Shown: positions 9,498 to 20,473, counted from the first letter of the whole stretch. The stretch is DNA of 62,946 nt, filler included, from Anaerolineae bacterium (GCA_041082215.1; 6 parts of 6 records of this genome joined end to end with filler, not necessarily neighbours in it); one strand, 5' to 3'. Numbers and translations: made by a program. Notes: generated from the letters alone by a model not told the origin.

Positions 9498-11930
9498 TCA
9501 GACATTCCGCAGCCGCAAGCTGTTGGTCACCACCGTGACGCTGCTTGTCGCCATCGCAAAGGCAGCCAGCACCGGATGGAGCTGCCGGAGGATTTCCGGC
9601 ACCACGGGGAACGGATAGAGCACACCGGCCGCCACCGGGATGAGAATGACATTATAGAAAAAGGCCCAGAAGAGATTTTGCTTGATGACCCGCATCGTGG
9701 CCCGGCTGAGAGCCAGCGCCCGGGGGACGGACCGCAGGTCGCCCCGCATCAATGTCACGTCGGCCGTCTCCATCGCCACATCGGTGCCGGTGCCCAGGGC
9801 AATCCCCACATCCGCCCGGGCCAGCGCCGGCGCATCGTTGATGCCATCGCCGACCATCGCCACCAGACGGCCCCCCTCCTGCAGCCGCCCTACCTCCTCC
9901 GCTTTGTCGGCCGGGAGCACCCCGGCCACCACCCGATCTATCCCCACCTGGCGGGCGATGGCCTCCGCCGTCCGCCGGTTGTCGCCGGTGAGCATCACCA
10001 CCTCCAGCCCCAGGCGATGAAGCTCGGCAACCGCCTCTACGGACCCCTCCTTCAGGGCGTCGGCGATCCCCAGCAGGCCAGCCGCCTCTCCATCCACGGC
10101 CACCGCCACGACTGTCCTTGCCAACCCCCGCAGACGCTCCACCTCGCCGACCAGGCCGTCCAGCCCAACCCCCTCCCCCTCGACCCACTCCGGCTTCCCC
10201 ACCAGGACCCGGCGCCCCTCGACCGTGGCCCGGACCCCCCTGCCGGGGATCGCCTCGAATTCCTCCGGGTCAGCCAGAGGAACGGCCCGCGCCTCCGCCT
10301 CGGCCACCACAGCCTCCCCCAGCGGGTGCTCTGACCCCCGCTCGGCGGAGGCCGCCCAGCGCAGGAGGGTTTCGGGATGCCCGGCATCTGAAACCACCAC
10401 ATCGGTGACCTCCGGCCTGCCCTTCGTCAGCGTGCCGGTCTTATCCAGGACGACCACCTCCAGCCGGTGGGCGGTCTCCAGCGCCGCGCTGTTTTTGAAG
10501 AGGATGCCCATCTCCGCTCCCCGACCCGTACCGACCATGATGGCGGTAGGGGTGGCCAGCCCCAGGGCGCAGGGGCAGGCGATGACCAGCACAGCCACCA
10601 GCCGGATCATCGCCGCCGTGAAGTCGCCGCCCACCCCCCACCAGACGGCAAAGGTGAGCAGGGCGACGCCGATAACCACCGGCACAAAGACCCCTGCCAC
10701 CCGGTCGGCGAGCCGCTGGATGGGGGCCTTGCTTCCCTGCGCCTCCCGCACCAGCCGGATGATCTGGGCCAGGGCTGTCTCCGCCCCCACCCGCGTCGCC
10801 TCGAACCGCAACAGCCCCTGCCGGTTGACCGTCGCGCCGATCACCCTGTCCCCCGGTCCCTTGTCCACCGGCATCGGTTCGCCGGTGAGCATGCTCTCGT
10901 CCACCGACGAACGGCCCTCCACCACCACCCCGTCCACCGGAATCCGCTCGCCGGGGCGGACCACCACCAGGTCCCCCACCCGGACCTGGCCCACCGGCAC
11001 ATCCATTTCCACCCCGTCCCGCACCACCCGGGCGGTTTTGGGGGCCAATCCCATCAGCTTCCTGATCGCCGCGCCGGTCTGCCCCTTGGCCCGCGCCTCA
11101 AGCAGCTTGCCCAGCTTGATCAGCGTCACGATGACCGCCGAGGTCTCAAAATAGACGTGGTGCCCCGCTGCTGGAAAGAGGAGCACTGCCAGGCTGTAGA
11201 AATAGGCCACGGAGGAGCCCATCGCCACCAGCGTGTCCATGTTGGCGGTCCGGTTGCGCAGGGCATAGTAGGCCCCCACGTAGTAGTCCCAGCCGGTGTA
11301 GAACTGGACCGGCGTGGCGAGGGCCAGGAAGAACCAGTTGAGCCAGGGGCCGTGGGACCAGGCCCCCAGCAGGCCGAGGTCACGGGCCATGCTGAGGATG
11401 AAGAGGGGAAGGGAGAAAAGTACACCGACCCAGAACTTGCGGGTCTGATCGGCGATCTCGGCCTGCCGGGCCTTCTCCTCTACATCCTCCATCTCTTCCG
11501 GAGTGGCGGCCTGGATCACGCCGTAGCCAGCTTCCTCCACAGCGCGGACCATTCCGGCGACCGTCGCCACGCCGGGCACGTACTCCACAGCCGCCCGCTC
11601 GGTGGCGAAGTTGACCGTTGCCTGGACCACGCCGGGGAGCCGGTTGAGGGTCCGCTCGACGGTAAGGGCGCAGTTGGCGCAGGTCATTCCGGTGATGGGG
11701 AGCTCGACCCGCGCTGTCACCACGTCGTACCCCGCCTCCCGCACCCGCTCTACCAGCTCGGCAGGATGGATCAGCGCCGGGTCGAAGACCACCGCGGCCT
11801 CCTCGGTGGCAAAATTGACCACTGCCTCGGCGACCCCTTCGGCCTTCTTCAGGCTGCGCTCGATGGTCAGGGCACAGTTAGCGCATGTCATGCCGGTGAC
11901 CGGCAGGGTAAGGCGGGTTTGGGTGGGCAA
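9498..11930 (-). CDS. copA: Copper-translocating P1B-type ATPase
   Basis: Two GMTCANC HMA domains, [35 protein letters not shown] and MATSS motifs; TTG start after GGAGG. Confidence 0.92.
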   Translation of the reverse strand: MPTQTRLTLPVTGMTCANCALTIERSLKKAEGVAEAVVNFATEEAAVVFDPALIHPAELVERVREAGYDVVTARVELPITGMTCANCALTVERTLNRLPGVVQATVNFATERAAVEYVPGVATVAGMVRAVEEAGYGVIQAATPEEMEDVEEKARQAEIADQTRKFWVGVLFSLPLFILSMARDLGLLGAWSHGPWLNWFFLALATPVQFYTGWDYYVGAYYALRNRTANMDTLVAMGSSVAYFYSLAVLLFPAAGHHVYFETSAVIVTLIKLGKLLEARAKGQTGAAIRKLMGLAPKTARVVRDGVEMDVPVGQVRVGDLVVVRPGERIPVDGVVVEGRSSVDESMLTGEPMPVDKGPGDRVIGATVNRQGLLRFEATRVGAETALAQIIRLVREAQGSKAPIQRLADRVAGVFVPVVIGVALLTFAVWWGVGGDFTAAMIRLVAVLVIACPCALGLATPTAIMVGTGRGAEMGILFKNSAALETAHRLEVVVLDKTGTLTKGRPEVTDVVVSDAGHPETLLRWAASAERGSEHPLGEAVVAEAEARAVPLADPEEFEAIPGRGVRATVEGRRVLVGKPEWVEGEGVGLDGLVGEVERLRGLARTVVAVAVDGEAAGLLGIADALKEGSVEAVAELHRLGLEVVMLTGDNRRTAEAIARQVGIDRVVAGVLPADKAEEVGRLQEGGRLVAMVGDGINDAPALARADVGIALGTGTDVAMETADVTLMRGDLRSVPRALALSRATMRVIKQNLFWAFFYNVILIPVAAGVLYPFPVVPEILRQLHPVLAAFAMATSSVTVVTNSLRLRNV

Positions 11931-11944
11931 GCAGGCCTCCTTAT

Positions 11945-11996
11945 TGGGTGACTCGGTGACTCGGTGACTGGGTGATTGGGTGATTGGGTGATTGGG
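11945..11996. repeat. Octamer tandem array (GGGTGAYT / CGGTGACT)
   Basis: About six imperfect 8-nt units between copZ and copA. Confidence 0.85.
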
Positions 11997-11998
11997 GG

Positions 11999-12202
11999 CT
12001 AGGCAGGTGGGTAGTTGATCTCGGTGAGGGTGGCGACGATCTGCTCCCAGGTCGCCGGGGGCTCCCACTCGACGGTGACCTGCTTGCTTTCCACCTCTCC
12101 CTCGACCCGCTTCACCCCCTCCAGCGCCCCCAGCTCCCGCCGGATGGTCATCACGCAGTGATGACAACTGATGTTTGGCACCCGAAAGGTCTTGCTCTCC
12201 AT
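11999..12202 (-). CDS. copZ: Copper chaperone (HMA domain)
   Basis: 67 aa with [11 protein letters not shown], immediately upstream of copA. Confidence 0.85.
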   Translation of the reverse strand: MESKTFRVPNISCHHCVMTIRRELGALEGVKRVEGEVESKQVTVEWEPPATWEQIVATLTEINYPPA

Positions 12203-12299
12203 AATTTCACCCCTTATCAGAGGGACGAAAGCCACTTCACTGCCTGGACGTCCACTCCCATCTCCTACCCTCATCACAGAGGTCCGGATTTCGAAGATG

Positions 12300-12328
12300 A
12301 TTATAACACAAATTGGGGGCAGTGTCAA
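12300..12328 (-). promoter_or_regulatory. Consensus sigma70 promoter for copZA
   Basis: TTGACA-17 nt-TATAAT on the minus strand. Confidence 0.75.
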
Positions 12329-12476
12329 GTGGGACGAACTCACGCGATTACTTGACTTTTCCCATAAGTCCTCTATACTTGAAATCTATCTGAAAAGTCT
12401 TGGGGCAGGCTTTCCAGCCTGCCCGGATAGCCTGGAAGGGCTGTCTGTACAAACGGCAAAAGGAGGGATTTTGAAT

Positions 12477-12923
12477 ATGGAAACACCTGCCCCGATCAAC
12501 CCGCAGGCCTATACACCTCCCCCCCTGAGTCCATCCGATGAGCGGACCTGGGCGATGCTGGCCCATTTGAGCGTGCTCCTGAATCTCGCTACCGGCCTGC
12601 TCGGGCCGATCGCCGCCCTGGTCATCCACCTGGTCTTTAAGGATCGGTCTCGATATGTAGCCTACCAGAGCCTGCAGGCCCTCATCTTTCAGCTTGTCGC
12701 CTGGCTGGGGGGTAGCTTTGTGGCCGGAATCGCCTGGGCGATCACCGGTGTGCTGAGCATTGTGCTTATCGGCCTCCTCTGCATCCCTATCGCCTTTCTG
12801 TTCACCCTGCTCCCCCTGGCGGCCATCGTCTACGGCGTCGTCGGCGGTATCCAGTGCAGCCAGGGGCAGGATTTCCGCTACTGGCTGGTCGGCGATTGGG
12901 TACGTGGAACGATGGCGGGATGA
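12477..12923 (+). CDS. DUF4870-type membrane protein
   Basis: ERTWAMLAHLS...SRYVAYQSLQALIFQ...G.DFRY pattern; AGGAGG upstream. Confidence 0.8.
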   Translation: METPAPINPQAYTPPPLSPSDERTWAMLAHLSVLLNLATGLLGPIAALVIHLVFKDRSRYVAYQSLQALIFQLVAWLGGSFVAGIAWAITGVLSIVLIGLLCIPIAFLFTLLPLAAIVYGVVGGIQCSQGQDFRYWLVGDWVRGTMAG

Positions 12924-12927
12924 GCAC

Positions 12928-12955
12928 TTGACAACACAGGAAAAGTCCTTACAAT
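12928..12955 (+). promoter_or_regulatory. Putative sigma70 promoter
   Basis: TTGACA-16 nt-TACAAT. Confidence 0.55.
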
Positions 12956-13006
12956 GACTTTTCAGATAAGTGTTCCTCAAAATACCATCCAGGAAAGGAG
13001 AGAAAA

Positions 13007-13342
13007 ATGGCAGAGGAAATGATGCGGGCACCTGCGGAGGTCACCGACGATGACAAGTTATGGGCTCTGTTGAGCTGGCTGTTCTGGCCCATCGCTATCG
13101 TTGTCCTGCTTCTGGAAGACAAGAAACAACGGCCGTTCATCCGATACCATGCCATCCAGTCCCTCGCCCTGGCTGTGGTCGGGTGGGTCATCAGCTTCAT
13201 CCTCAGCTTTGTGGTCATCGGCTGTGTCGTCGGCGTCGTCTGGCTGGTCTACGTGATCTATCTGGCGATCAAGGCTTACCAGGGCGAATGGGTCACCATC
13301 CCTTTCATTACCGATTTCTGCAAGAAGCAGGGTTGGATTTAA
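13007..13342 (+). CDS. DUF4870-type membrane protein (second paralog)
   Basis: DKLWALLSW...FIRYHAIQSL...KAYQGEWVTIPFI. Confidence 0.8.
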   Translation: MAEEMMRAPAEVTDDDKLWALLSWLFWPIAIVVLLLEDKKQRPFIRYHAIQSLALAVVGWVISFILSFVVIGCVVGVVWLVYVIYLAIKAYQGEWVTIPFITDFCKKQGWI

Positions 13343-13357
13343 AACACACCGACCCTC

Positions 13358-13385
13358 AAAAGCCCCTCCTGTGGGAGGGGCTTTT
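13358..13385. terminator. Intrinsic terminator
   Basis: AAAAGCCCCTCC-TGTG-GGAGGGGCTTTT hairpin. Confidence 0.8.
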
Positions 13386-13469
13386 CTGTCTCCCGATTAT
13401 GTGGTAAGATAACCCTCTGGGGCGTTCAACGATGCCCATTCAAACCAACCGAACAGGAGGCCCCGCTCC

Positions 13470-15197
13470 GTGCCAACCACGATCAAGCGCTGGCTGGTCG
13501 CCCAACCGGCTCCTGAGCCTTTCCTTTCCCGGCTTTCCCACCTGCACCCACTGGTGGCCCAGGTCCTCTACAACCGGGGGCTCACCACCCCCGACGACGC
13601 GCTGTCCTTCCTTGAGGGCAGGCCGGGGCCCGATGACCCCTTCCGGCTGAATGGGATGGCCCAGGCGGTGACCCGGATCCGAAAGGCGATCAAACAGGAG
13701 GAGCCCATCGTCGTCTACGGCGACTTCGACGCCGATGGGGTGACCGCCACCGCCCTGCTGGTGCTCACGCTCAAAGCGCTGGGAGGGCGGGTCCAGCCCT
13801 ACATTCCCCACCGACTGGAAGAAGGATATGGCCTCAACCGGGAGGCGCTGGCCGAGCTGGCCGCCCGGGGCGCAAAAGTCGTGATCACCGTAGACTGCGG
13901 CATCCGCTTCCCCGCCGAGGTTGCCTACGCCCGACGGCTGGGGATGGACATCATCGTCACCGACCACCACGCCGTCGGCAAAGAAGAACTGGAAGCAACA
14001 GCCGTGGTCAACCCTCACCAGCCCGGCTGTCCCTACGCTTATAAAGACCTGGCAGGCGTCGGGCTGGCCTACAAATTGGCCCAGGCCCTGCTCCGGGTCA
14101 ATCGGCAGGTGCCGGTCTGGAAAGGGAGCCAGCTTCAGGAAGAGGACCTGCTGGACCTGGTCGCATTGGGGACCGTGGCCGACCTGGCTCCGTTGACCGG
14201 GGAGAACCGCGCGCTGGTCATCCAGGGGCTGAAGCGGCTGAACTCCGAACCGCGGCCCGGCGTGGACGCTCTGATCCGACAGGCCGGCCTTCGGTCCGGA
14301 CAGGTTGACGCGGCGGCCATCGGCTACGCACTGGGTCCCCGGCTGAACGCGGCGGGACGGATCGCCCACGCCGACACAGCCTATCAGCTCCTCGTTGCTG
14401 AATATCCGGAGGAGGCCAAGCGGCTGGCCGAGCGTCTCGATAACCTGAATCAGGAGCGACAGCGGCTCACCGCTGAGGCGCAGGAAAGGGCGCAGGAGAT
14501 CGCCCGCGTCCAGCAGGCCGAACGGCCGCTCCTCTTCATCGCCGCCCCCGACTTTCCGGCTGGCGTCATCGGCCTGGTGGCCTCCCGGTTGGTCGAGGAA
14601 TTCTACCGGCCAGCCATCATTGTAGAGCTCAGCCAGGAGAAAAGCCGGGGCTCCGGTCGCTCCATCCCCGAATTCCACATCACCCGCGCGCTGGACGACT
14701 GCGCCGACCTCCTCATCCAGCACGGGGGCCACGCCGCCGCCGCTGGCTTCACCACTTTCACAAAGGACCTGCCCAGGCTCGAGGCTCGCCTGCTTGAGCT
14801 GGCATTCGAACGGCTGGCCGGGCAGGAGCTTGTCCCCACCCTCCACATTGACGCCGAGGTCCCCCTGCGGGAGATGGGGTGGCCGCTGTGGGAGGCGCTG
14901 CAACCGCTCCGCCCCTACGGCGAAGGAAACCCCGAACCCCTGTTCCTCAGCCGCAACATTCAGGTGCGGCGATGGCGGACCGTGGGAAGCGAGGGGCTGC
15001 ACCTCAAACTGCTCCTCTCTGACGGACCGGTGGTCTGGGACGGCATCGCCTTCCGCCAGGGGGATTGGGCCGACCATCTGCCCGACCGGGTGGACATCGC
15101 CTACCATCTGCAGGTCAACGAGTGGAACGGGGAACAACGGCTCCAACTGAACATCCAGGGCATCCGGCCCGCTGGCTGGGAGGGAGGATGGGGATGA
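13470..15197 (+). CDS. recJ: Single-stranded-DNA-specific exonuclease RecJ
   Basis: YGDFDADG, EGYGLN, ITVDCG, TDHH, GTVADL, GPRLNAAGR, GGHAAAAG. Confidence 0.95.
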   Translation: MPTTIKRWLVAQPAPEPFLSRLSHLHPLVAQVLYNRGLTTPDDALSFLEGRPGPDDPFRLNGMAQAVTRIRKAIKQEEPIVVYGDFDADGVTATALLVLTLKALGGRVQPYIPHRLEEGYGLNREALAELAARGAKVVITVDCGIRFPAEVAYARRLGMDIIVTDHHAVGKEELEATAVVNPHQPGCPYAYKDLAGVGLAYKLAQALLRVNRQVPVWKGSQLQEEDLLDLVALGTVADLAPLTGENRALVIQGLKRLNSEPRPGVDALIRQAGLRSGQVDAAAIGYALGPRLNAAGRIAHADTAYQLLVAEYPEEAKRLAERLDNLNQERQRLTAEAQERAQEIARVQQAERPLLFIAAPDFPAGVIGLVASRLVEEFYRPAIIVELSQEKSRGSGRSIPEFHITRALDDCADLLIQHGGHAAAAGFTTFTKDLPRLEARLLELAFERLAGQELVPTLHIDAEVPLREMGWPLWEALQPLRPYGEGNPEPLFLSRNIQVRRWRTVGSEGLHLKLLLSDGPVVWDGIAFRQGDWADHLPDRVDIAYHLQVNEWNGEQRLQLNIQGIRPAGWEGGWG

Positions 15198-16171
15198 GAA
15201 TACTCGTCACCGGGGCAGCCGGCTTTATCGGCAGCCACGTGGTTGAAGCGCTCCTGGCCCGGGGCGATACCGTGGTCGGCGTGGACAACTTCAACGACTA
15301 CTACAGCCCCGCCCGCAAACGGGCCAACGTCGCCCTCCTTACCCCCCACCCCCATTTCACCCTCCACGAGGCCGACATACGGGATGGGGAAGAGATGGAG
15401 CGCATCTGCACCGGAGCGAGCTTCGACGTCGTCGTCCACCTGGCAGCGATGGCAGGGGTCCGCTACTCCATCGAGCGCGCCCCCCTCTACACCGACGTCA
15501 ACATACGGGGCACGGTCAATCTGCTGGAGGCAGCCCGCAAGGGGGGAATCCCCCATTTCGTCTTTGCCTCCACCTCCTCGGTATACGGTCGGACCCGGCA
15601 GCTACCTTTCCGGGAGGACGACCCCCTGGGCCGTCCGCTGGCCCCCTACCCCGCCACGAAGATCGCCGGGGAGGTGATGGGGCACGCCTACCACAACCTC
15701 TTCGGCCTCTCCTTCACGGCCCTGCGCTTCTTTTCCGTCTACGGCCCCCGCGGCCGCCCCGATATGATGCCCTACCATATCACCGAGTGCATCGTCCACG
15801 ACCGGGAGTTCGTCCTCTACGAGGGAGGGGAGATGTACCGGGATTGGACCTACATCGCCGACATCGTCGCCGGGGTGGTCGCAGCGGCGGACCGGCCGCT
15901 GGGGTATGAGGTGGTCAACCTCGGCCGGGGCGAGCCGGTGCGTATGCGGGATTTTGTCGAGCTGATCGAGGAGCTGGTGGGGAAGAAAGCCCGGATGACC
16001 ACCCCCCCCGCCCCACCCAGCGAGCCTCCCATCACCTATGCGGATATCTCCAGAGCCCGCGCCCTCCTCGACTACAGCCCCACCACGTCCGTGGCTGAGG
16101 GGATGCGGCAATTCTGGGACTGGTACAGGGCCAGCGTAGAAGACACGGGAGGCAGGACACAGGGCAGATGA
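15194..16171 (+). CDS. NAD-dependent epimerase (UDP-glucuronate 4-epimerase-like)
   Basis: TGAAGFIG, HLAAMAGVRYS, YPATK, VYGPRGRPDM. Confidence 0.88.
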   Translation: MRILVTGAAGFIGSHVVEALLARGDTVVGVDNFNDYYSPARKRANVALLTPHPHFTLHEADIRDGEEMERICTGASFDVVVHLAAMAGVRYSIERAPLYTDVNIRGTVNLLEAARKGGIPHFVFASTSSVYGRTRQLPFREDDPLGRPLAPYPATKIAGEVMGHAYHNLFGLSFTALRFFSVYGPRGRPDMMPYHITECIVHDREFVLYEGGEMYRDWTYIADIVAGVVAAADRPLGYEVVNLGRGEPVRMRDFVELIEELVGKKARMTTPPAPPSEPPITYADISRARALLDYSPTTSVAEGMRQFWDWYRASVEDTGGRTQGR

Positions 16172-17802
16172 CGAAAACCTTCTGGCCTCTGGCCGTTCTT
16201 CTCCTTCTCCTTCCCCAGCAAGGACCTCCCTCTCCGGACATCCGTTTCGGGGCCGTGGAGGCTTTTCAGGACCCGGCGGCCGCTGCCGAGGCGAGCGTGG
16301 GATGGGAACGGATCCTCTTTTACTGGTCGGAGCTTCAGCCCAATGGCCCCGACGAGTGGAACGGCTACCACGTCCCCGATGAATGGCTGAACCAGGCCGC
16401 GGCGGCCGGACGGGAGGTGGTCGGCCTCATCAAATATACCCCCGCCTGGGCCACCGACGGGGAGCCAGGCTGCGGCGTACCCCGTGGGCTGGACCTGCCG
16501 GTGGACGATCCGGGAAACCTGTGGGCCACCTTCGTCCGCCGCGTTGTGGGCCTCTATGCGGGGCGGATCACCCACTGGATCATCTGGAACGAGCCGGACA
16601 TCGCCCCCGGCACCTACGGGATGGAGTGGTGCGGCTCGGTCGAAGAGTACTACCAGCTCCTGAAGGTGGCCTACCTGGCCGCTCATCAGGCCAACCCCGA
16701 CGTCGTCATCCATCTGGCCGGGCTGACCTTCTGGCACGACCGGACCTACCTGCGCCGCTTTCTTGCCGTCGCCACACAGGACCCCACCGGGCCGGAGCAC
16801 GGGTACTACTTCGACGTGGTCTCCCTGCACATCTACTTCCAGACCGAATCGGTCCCCTACATCATCAATGAGACCCGCGCGGCGCTGGCCGCCTACGGGC
16901 TGACCAAACCGATCTGGGTGAACGAGACCAACGCCTCGCCCGATTCCGATCCCCTCTGGCCCCTCGTGCGGCCCCGCTGGCGGGTTGATCTCCAGGAGCA
17001 GGCCTCCTTCCTCCTCCAGTCCTTCGCCCTGGCCCTGGCAGGTGGGGCGGAACGGATCGCAGTGTACAAATGGAGGGACGCAGGGCTGCCCGCCGGGGGG
17101 GAACCTTTCGGCGTGATCCGTCCCGATTTCAGCCGTCGCCCCGCCTATGAGGCCTTCCGGGTGATCACGACCCACTACGCCGGCACACGATCGGCCCGCG
17201 CCGACCGACAGCCCCTTTTCTACCAGGTGACGCTGGACCGGGGGGATCGGACGACGCGGGTCCTGTGGGCGCGGACGGCAGCGACGGTGACGGTCTCCCT
17301 GCCCGCGCTGGCAACGGAAGGGCTGCTGGTCTCTCAGACCGGGGAGGCGCAGCCCATACAGCCGGTGGACGGAACCTACACCGTGGTCCTGCCCGGCGCT
17401 CGCTGCGCCGACGAACTGGGCTGCATCATCGGCGGGCCGACCTATCTGCTGGTGGAGGATACCCCGGTAGGGGGCGGTCACCCGGTGGGAAACGCCGACA
17501 CAGGGGAAGGGACTCCAGCCGAAACCGAACCGGTGGCAACGGCGACCCATACTCCCACCCCCACGCCGACAGCAACGCCCTCCCCTACCCCGACGCCGTC
17601 GCCGACCCCCACGGCCACGCCTTCCCCTGCGCCTGCCCTCACACCCTCTCCCACCCCCTCACCTGTCCACTCACCAGAGGGCTCACCCCTTCCTGCTCGC
17701 CCCCTTTTCCTCCCCCACGCGCTGGGGACGTCGGCCCTCCTGCTCTCCGGCCTCCTCGCCGTGGCAGCCGTTCTGAAGAAGCGCCGCTCTCAGCGGGGAT
17801 AA
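16168..17802 (+). CDS. Exported GH39/GH5-like glycoside hydrolase with Pro/Thr linker and C-terminal membrane anchor
   Basis: Signal peptide, WIIWNEPD and IWVNETN catalytic-like motifs, TPTP repeat, TM helix plus basic tail. Confidence 0.65.
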   Translation: MTKTFWPLAVLLLLLPQQGPPSPDIRFGAVEAFQDPAAAAEASVGWERILFYWSELQPNGPDEWNGYHVPDEWLNQAAAAGREVVGLIKYTPAWATDGEPGCGVPRGLDLPVDDPGNLWATFVRRVVGLYAGRITHWIIWNEPDIAPGTYGMEWCGSVEEYYQLLKVAYLAAHQANPDVVIHLAGLTFWHDRTYLRRFLAVATQDPTGPEHGYYFDVVSLHIYFQTESVPYIINETRAALAAYGLTKPIWVNETNASPDSDPLWPLVRPRWRVDLQEQASFLLQSFALALAGGAERIAVYKWRDAGLPAGGEPFGVIRPDFSRRPAYEAFRVITTHYAGTRSARADRQPLFYQVTLDRGDRTTRVLWARTAATVTVSLPALATEGLLVSQTGEAQPIQPVDGTYTVVLPGARCADELGCIIGGPTYLLVEDTPVGGGHPVGNADTGEGTPAETEPVATATHTPTPTPTATPSPTPTPSPTPTATPSPAPALTPSPTPSPVHSPEGSPLPARPLFLPHALGTSALLLSGLLAVAAVLKKRRSQRG

Positions 17803-17815
17803 CCCCGGACGCCGT

Positions 17816-18712
17816 CTACCGATCCCCCTGCCCCCTCAGCGTGCCCAGGAGGCTGGAGAACTCCAGGGGGAAGATGAACTTGGTGGCAGGGCTCTCCCCT
17901 AATCGCCTCAGCGTATCCAGGTACTGAAGCGTCATCGTGTTGGAGTCCAGCTGCTGGGCGATGCCAAAGATATGCTGGAGCGCCACCGCGTACCCCTCGG
18001 CGCGGAGGGCCTGGGCAGCCCGCTCCCCCTCCGCCCGGAGGATATTGGACTGTTTCTCCCCTTCGGCGCGGAGGATGGCCGCCTGCTTCTCTCCCTCCGC
18101 CACCTTGATCGCCGCCTCCCGCTGGCCGTCGGCCTCGGTGACCATCGCCCGCCGGTTCCGCTCGGCGGACATCTGCCGGTTCATCGCTGCCTGGATCTCC
18201 TTGGGCGGCTCGATCTCCCGGATCTCCACACTGGTCACCTTGACCCCCCACCGCTCGGTCACCTCGTCCAGCTTGACCCGGAGCACCTCGTTGATGCGCT
18301 CCCGCTGGGCCAGCACGTCGTCCAGCATAATGTCGCCGATGACCGCGCGGAGCGTGGTGGTGGCGATGCCGATGGAGGCCCGCCGGAAGTCCCCCACCTG
18401 CAGCACGCTCAAATCGGGGCTCACCACCTTCCAGTAGATCAGGAAATCCACCCCGATGGGCGCGTTGTCCTTGGTGATGCAGACCTGATGGGGCACTTCC
18501 AGGAACTGCTCCCGCAGGTCCACCTTCACCGCTTTGTCCACCACGGGCAGCAACAGGACCAGCCCTGGCCCCTTCGTGCCGATGGCGCGGCCAAGGCGGA
18601 AAACGACCAGTCGCTCATATTCCCTGACCACCCGGATCATCGAGAGCAGGATGATCAGCAGGACCAGGCCGGCGAACAGAAGTAAGATGAACAGTCCAAC
18701 GATATCCATCAC
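17816..18712 (-). CDS. SPFH/band 7 (stomatin-like) protein
   Basis: EYERLVVFRLGR, ITKDN, TTLRAVIG, WGVKVTSVEIREIEPP, AEGEKQA coiled coil. Confidence 0.92.
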   Translation of the reverse strand: MMDIVGLFILLLFAGLVLLIILLSMIRVVREYERLVVFRLGRAIGTKGPGLVLLLPVVDKAVKVDLREQFLEVPHQVCITKDNAPIGVDFLIYWKVVSPDLSVLQVGDFRRASIGIATTTLRAVIGDIMLDDVLAQRERINEVLRVKLDEVTERWGVKVTSVEIREIEPPKEIQAAMNRQMSAERNRRAMVTEADGQREAAIKVAEGEKQAAILRAEGEKQSNILRAEGERAAQALRAEGYAVALQHIFGIAQQLDSNTMTLQYLDTLRRLGESPATKFIFPLEFSSLLGTLRGQGDR

Positions 18713-18721
18713 GACCTCCTT

Positions 18722-19153
18722 CTAATAGTTGAACAGGGATTCCGTCAGGCTGGCACAGAGCCCCCACGCCCAGGTTCCGCCCCAGAGGCAGAGCGACAAC
18801 ACACCGGCAGCCAGAAAGATCCACCCCAGAACAATAGCGACCTTCGCCAGGCTTTCCTGCTCCTGTCCCCCAGCCCGCGCCTTCGCCAGGGCCCGATACC
18901 CCAGATACAGGCCCAGGGCTGCGCCGAGGACTGGAACGAAGGACGATCCCAACACGGTGGCGATGATGCTCCAGGCGGTCAGGCTCATCCTCATACGGTA
19001 CACAGGGGCCCTATACACTGGCGGGGGCTCGGGCGGCGCTGCGACCTCCTGCTCCTCTATGAACTGGCTGCCGCAATAGGCGCACTCCCATCGGTCCGGC
19101 CCGACCCGCAGGAACTGGGAGCTTCCGCAATTAGGGCACCTGGCAGGCTTCAT
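18722..19153 (-). CDS. Zinc-ribbon membrane protein
   Basis: CPNC...CAYC at the N-terminus and two TM segments; within the nfeD-SPFH operon. Confidence 0.65.
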   Translation of the reverse strand: MKPARCPNCGSSQFLRVGPDRWECAYCGSQFIEEQEVAAPPEPPPVYRAPVYRMRMSLTAWSIIATVLGSSFVPVLGAALGLYLGYRALAKARAGGQEQESLAKVAIVLGWIFLAAGVLSLCLWGGTWAWGLCASLTESLFNY

Positions 19154-19785
19154 ATGCCCTCGTGCGAAGTGGGGGGAACAGGAACGACACGGAGCCGGAC
19201 CCCCTGCACATCCACCACCCGCACCCGCGCCCCGGCAGGGATGGGGGATTCGGCCTCAGCCGTCCATAGCTCGCTCTGCACCTGCACCGTGCCGACAGGG
19301 GACAGGTCGGTGGTGGCGACGCCTTCTACGCCGATCACCGCCCTCGGGTCAGTTTTGACCGGCAGCCGCTGAGCACGCACGACGGCGGAGAGGACCCAGC
19401 CGAAGAGCCCCAGGGTGGCCAGGGTGGCCCCTCCCACCAGCCACCGGGAGACAATCAGGTTGGAGCCAGGGCGGAAGAGGAAGAGGGAACCCAGCGCCAG
19501 CGCGGTGGCTGCCCCCAGCGTGAGCCCCGCGCTCTGCACTTTCAGGTCCACCACGAAGAGGATCATAGAGACCACGACCAGCACCAGGCCGATAAGGTTA
19601 ACCGGGAGCTGGGCGAGTCCAAGGGCGGCCAGCACCAGGCAGATGACCGCTGCCGCTTCGGGAAAGCCGGTGCCCGGCATCGCCCACGCCGCCACCACCG
19701 CCCACAGGCCGAGGATGAGAAGGCCGTAGGCAACGTTCGGATCGGTCAGAAGCGCCTCCAGTGTTTCGAGCCACCCCTGGGTCAT
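19150..19785 (-). CDS. NfeD-family protein (short form)
   Basis: DPNVAYGLL, TM helices, C-terminal OB-like IGVEG..TTDLSPVGTVQVQSELWTA; next to SPFH. Confidence 0.85.
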   Translation of the reverse strand: MTQGWLETLEALLTDPNVAYGLLILGLWAVVAAWAMPGTGFPEAAAVICLVLAALGLAQLPVNLIGLVLVVVSMILFVVDLKVQSAGLTLGAATALALGSLFLFRPGSNLIVSRWLVGGATLATLGLFGWVLSAVVRAQRLPVKTDPRAVIGVEGVATTDLSPVGTVQVQSELWTAEAESPIPAGARVRVVDVQGVRLRVVPVPPTSHEGI

Positions 19786-19870
19786 TTTTCCCCTCCCCCC
19801 TTAGCATATCCGCTCCCGCCCATTCTTCCGGACAGGCCGCCGACGGAGTGCTGACATCTGGGCGCAGCTA

Positions 19871-20473
19871 TCAGCCGCTCCGCTTCCCTTCCGCTTCGGC
19901 TACCACCTGGTTCCCCAGCTCGAAGGCCCGCTGCAGCGCTTCGGGATGCCTCAGGATCTCCAGCCGGGCATCCACCCCGCCCACCAGCAGCTCCCCCCAG
20001 TACTCCGCGCCGTACACGCCGAAGAACCCCCGCACCGTCTTCACCGCGCCGACGAAATCCGGATCGGACTCGCCCCCCACGGAGAGGAACACCCCCCACC
20101 TCCGGTCGCGCCCCGCGGCGGTTAGCAACGGTGGGGCCTTGAGGACAAACTTGCGCGCCCACTGGCACTGGCTCCGATCCACCACCGCCTTCACCTGGGC
20201 CGGGAGGTTCCAGAAGTAGAGGGGGGCAGCCAGGGCGATGACATCCGCGGCGATCAGTTTTTCGTGAAGGAGCTGGAAGTCATCCTGGACCACGCATCGG
20301 CCCTCCTCCCAGCAGCCATCGCAGGCGATGCAGCCGGCGATCCGGAGCCGTGCCAGCACCACCTTTTCCACCGTCGCCCTGCTGTTCTCCGCCCCCATCA
20401 GGAACCGATCCAGAAGGGTTTCGGTGTTCGCCCTGCGTCGAGGGCTTCCGGCAATCCCCAGAACCCGAACCAT
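19871..20473 (-). CDS. Iron-sulfur flavoprotein / multimeric flavodoxin family
   Basis: GSPRRRANT, CIACDGC...C...DD, APLYFWNL. Confidence 0.85.
   Translation of the reverse strand: MVRVLGIAGSPRRRANTETLLDRFLMGAENSRATVEKVVLARLRIAGCIACDGCWEEGRCVVQDDFQLLHEKLIAADVIALAAPLYFWNLPAQVKAVVDRSQCQWARKFVLKAPPLLTAAGRDRRWGVFLSVGGESDPDFVGAVKTVRGFFGVYGAEYWGELLVGGVDARLEILRHPEALQRAFELGNQVVAEAEGKRSG

Noticed and set aside
11931..12167. N-terminal extension of copA in the ORF track
   Set aside because: It overlaps copZ and the octamer array; a TTG start with GGAGG at 11930 fits better.
17545..17665. Pro/Thr-rich repeat as a mobile or regulatory DNA repeat
   Set aside because: An ordinary protein linker with varied codons.
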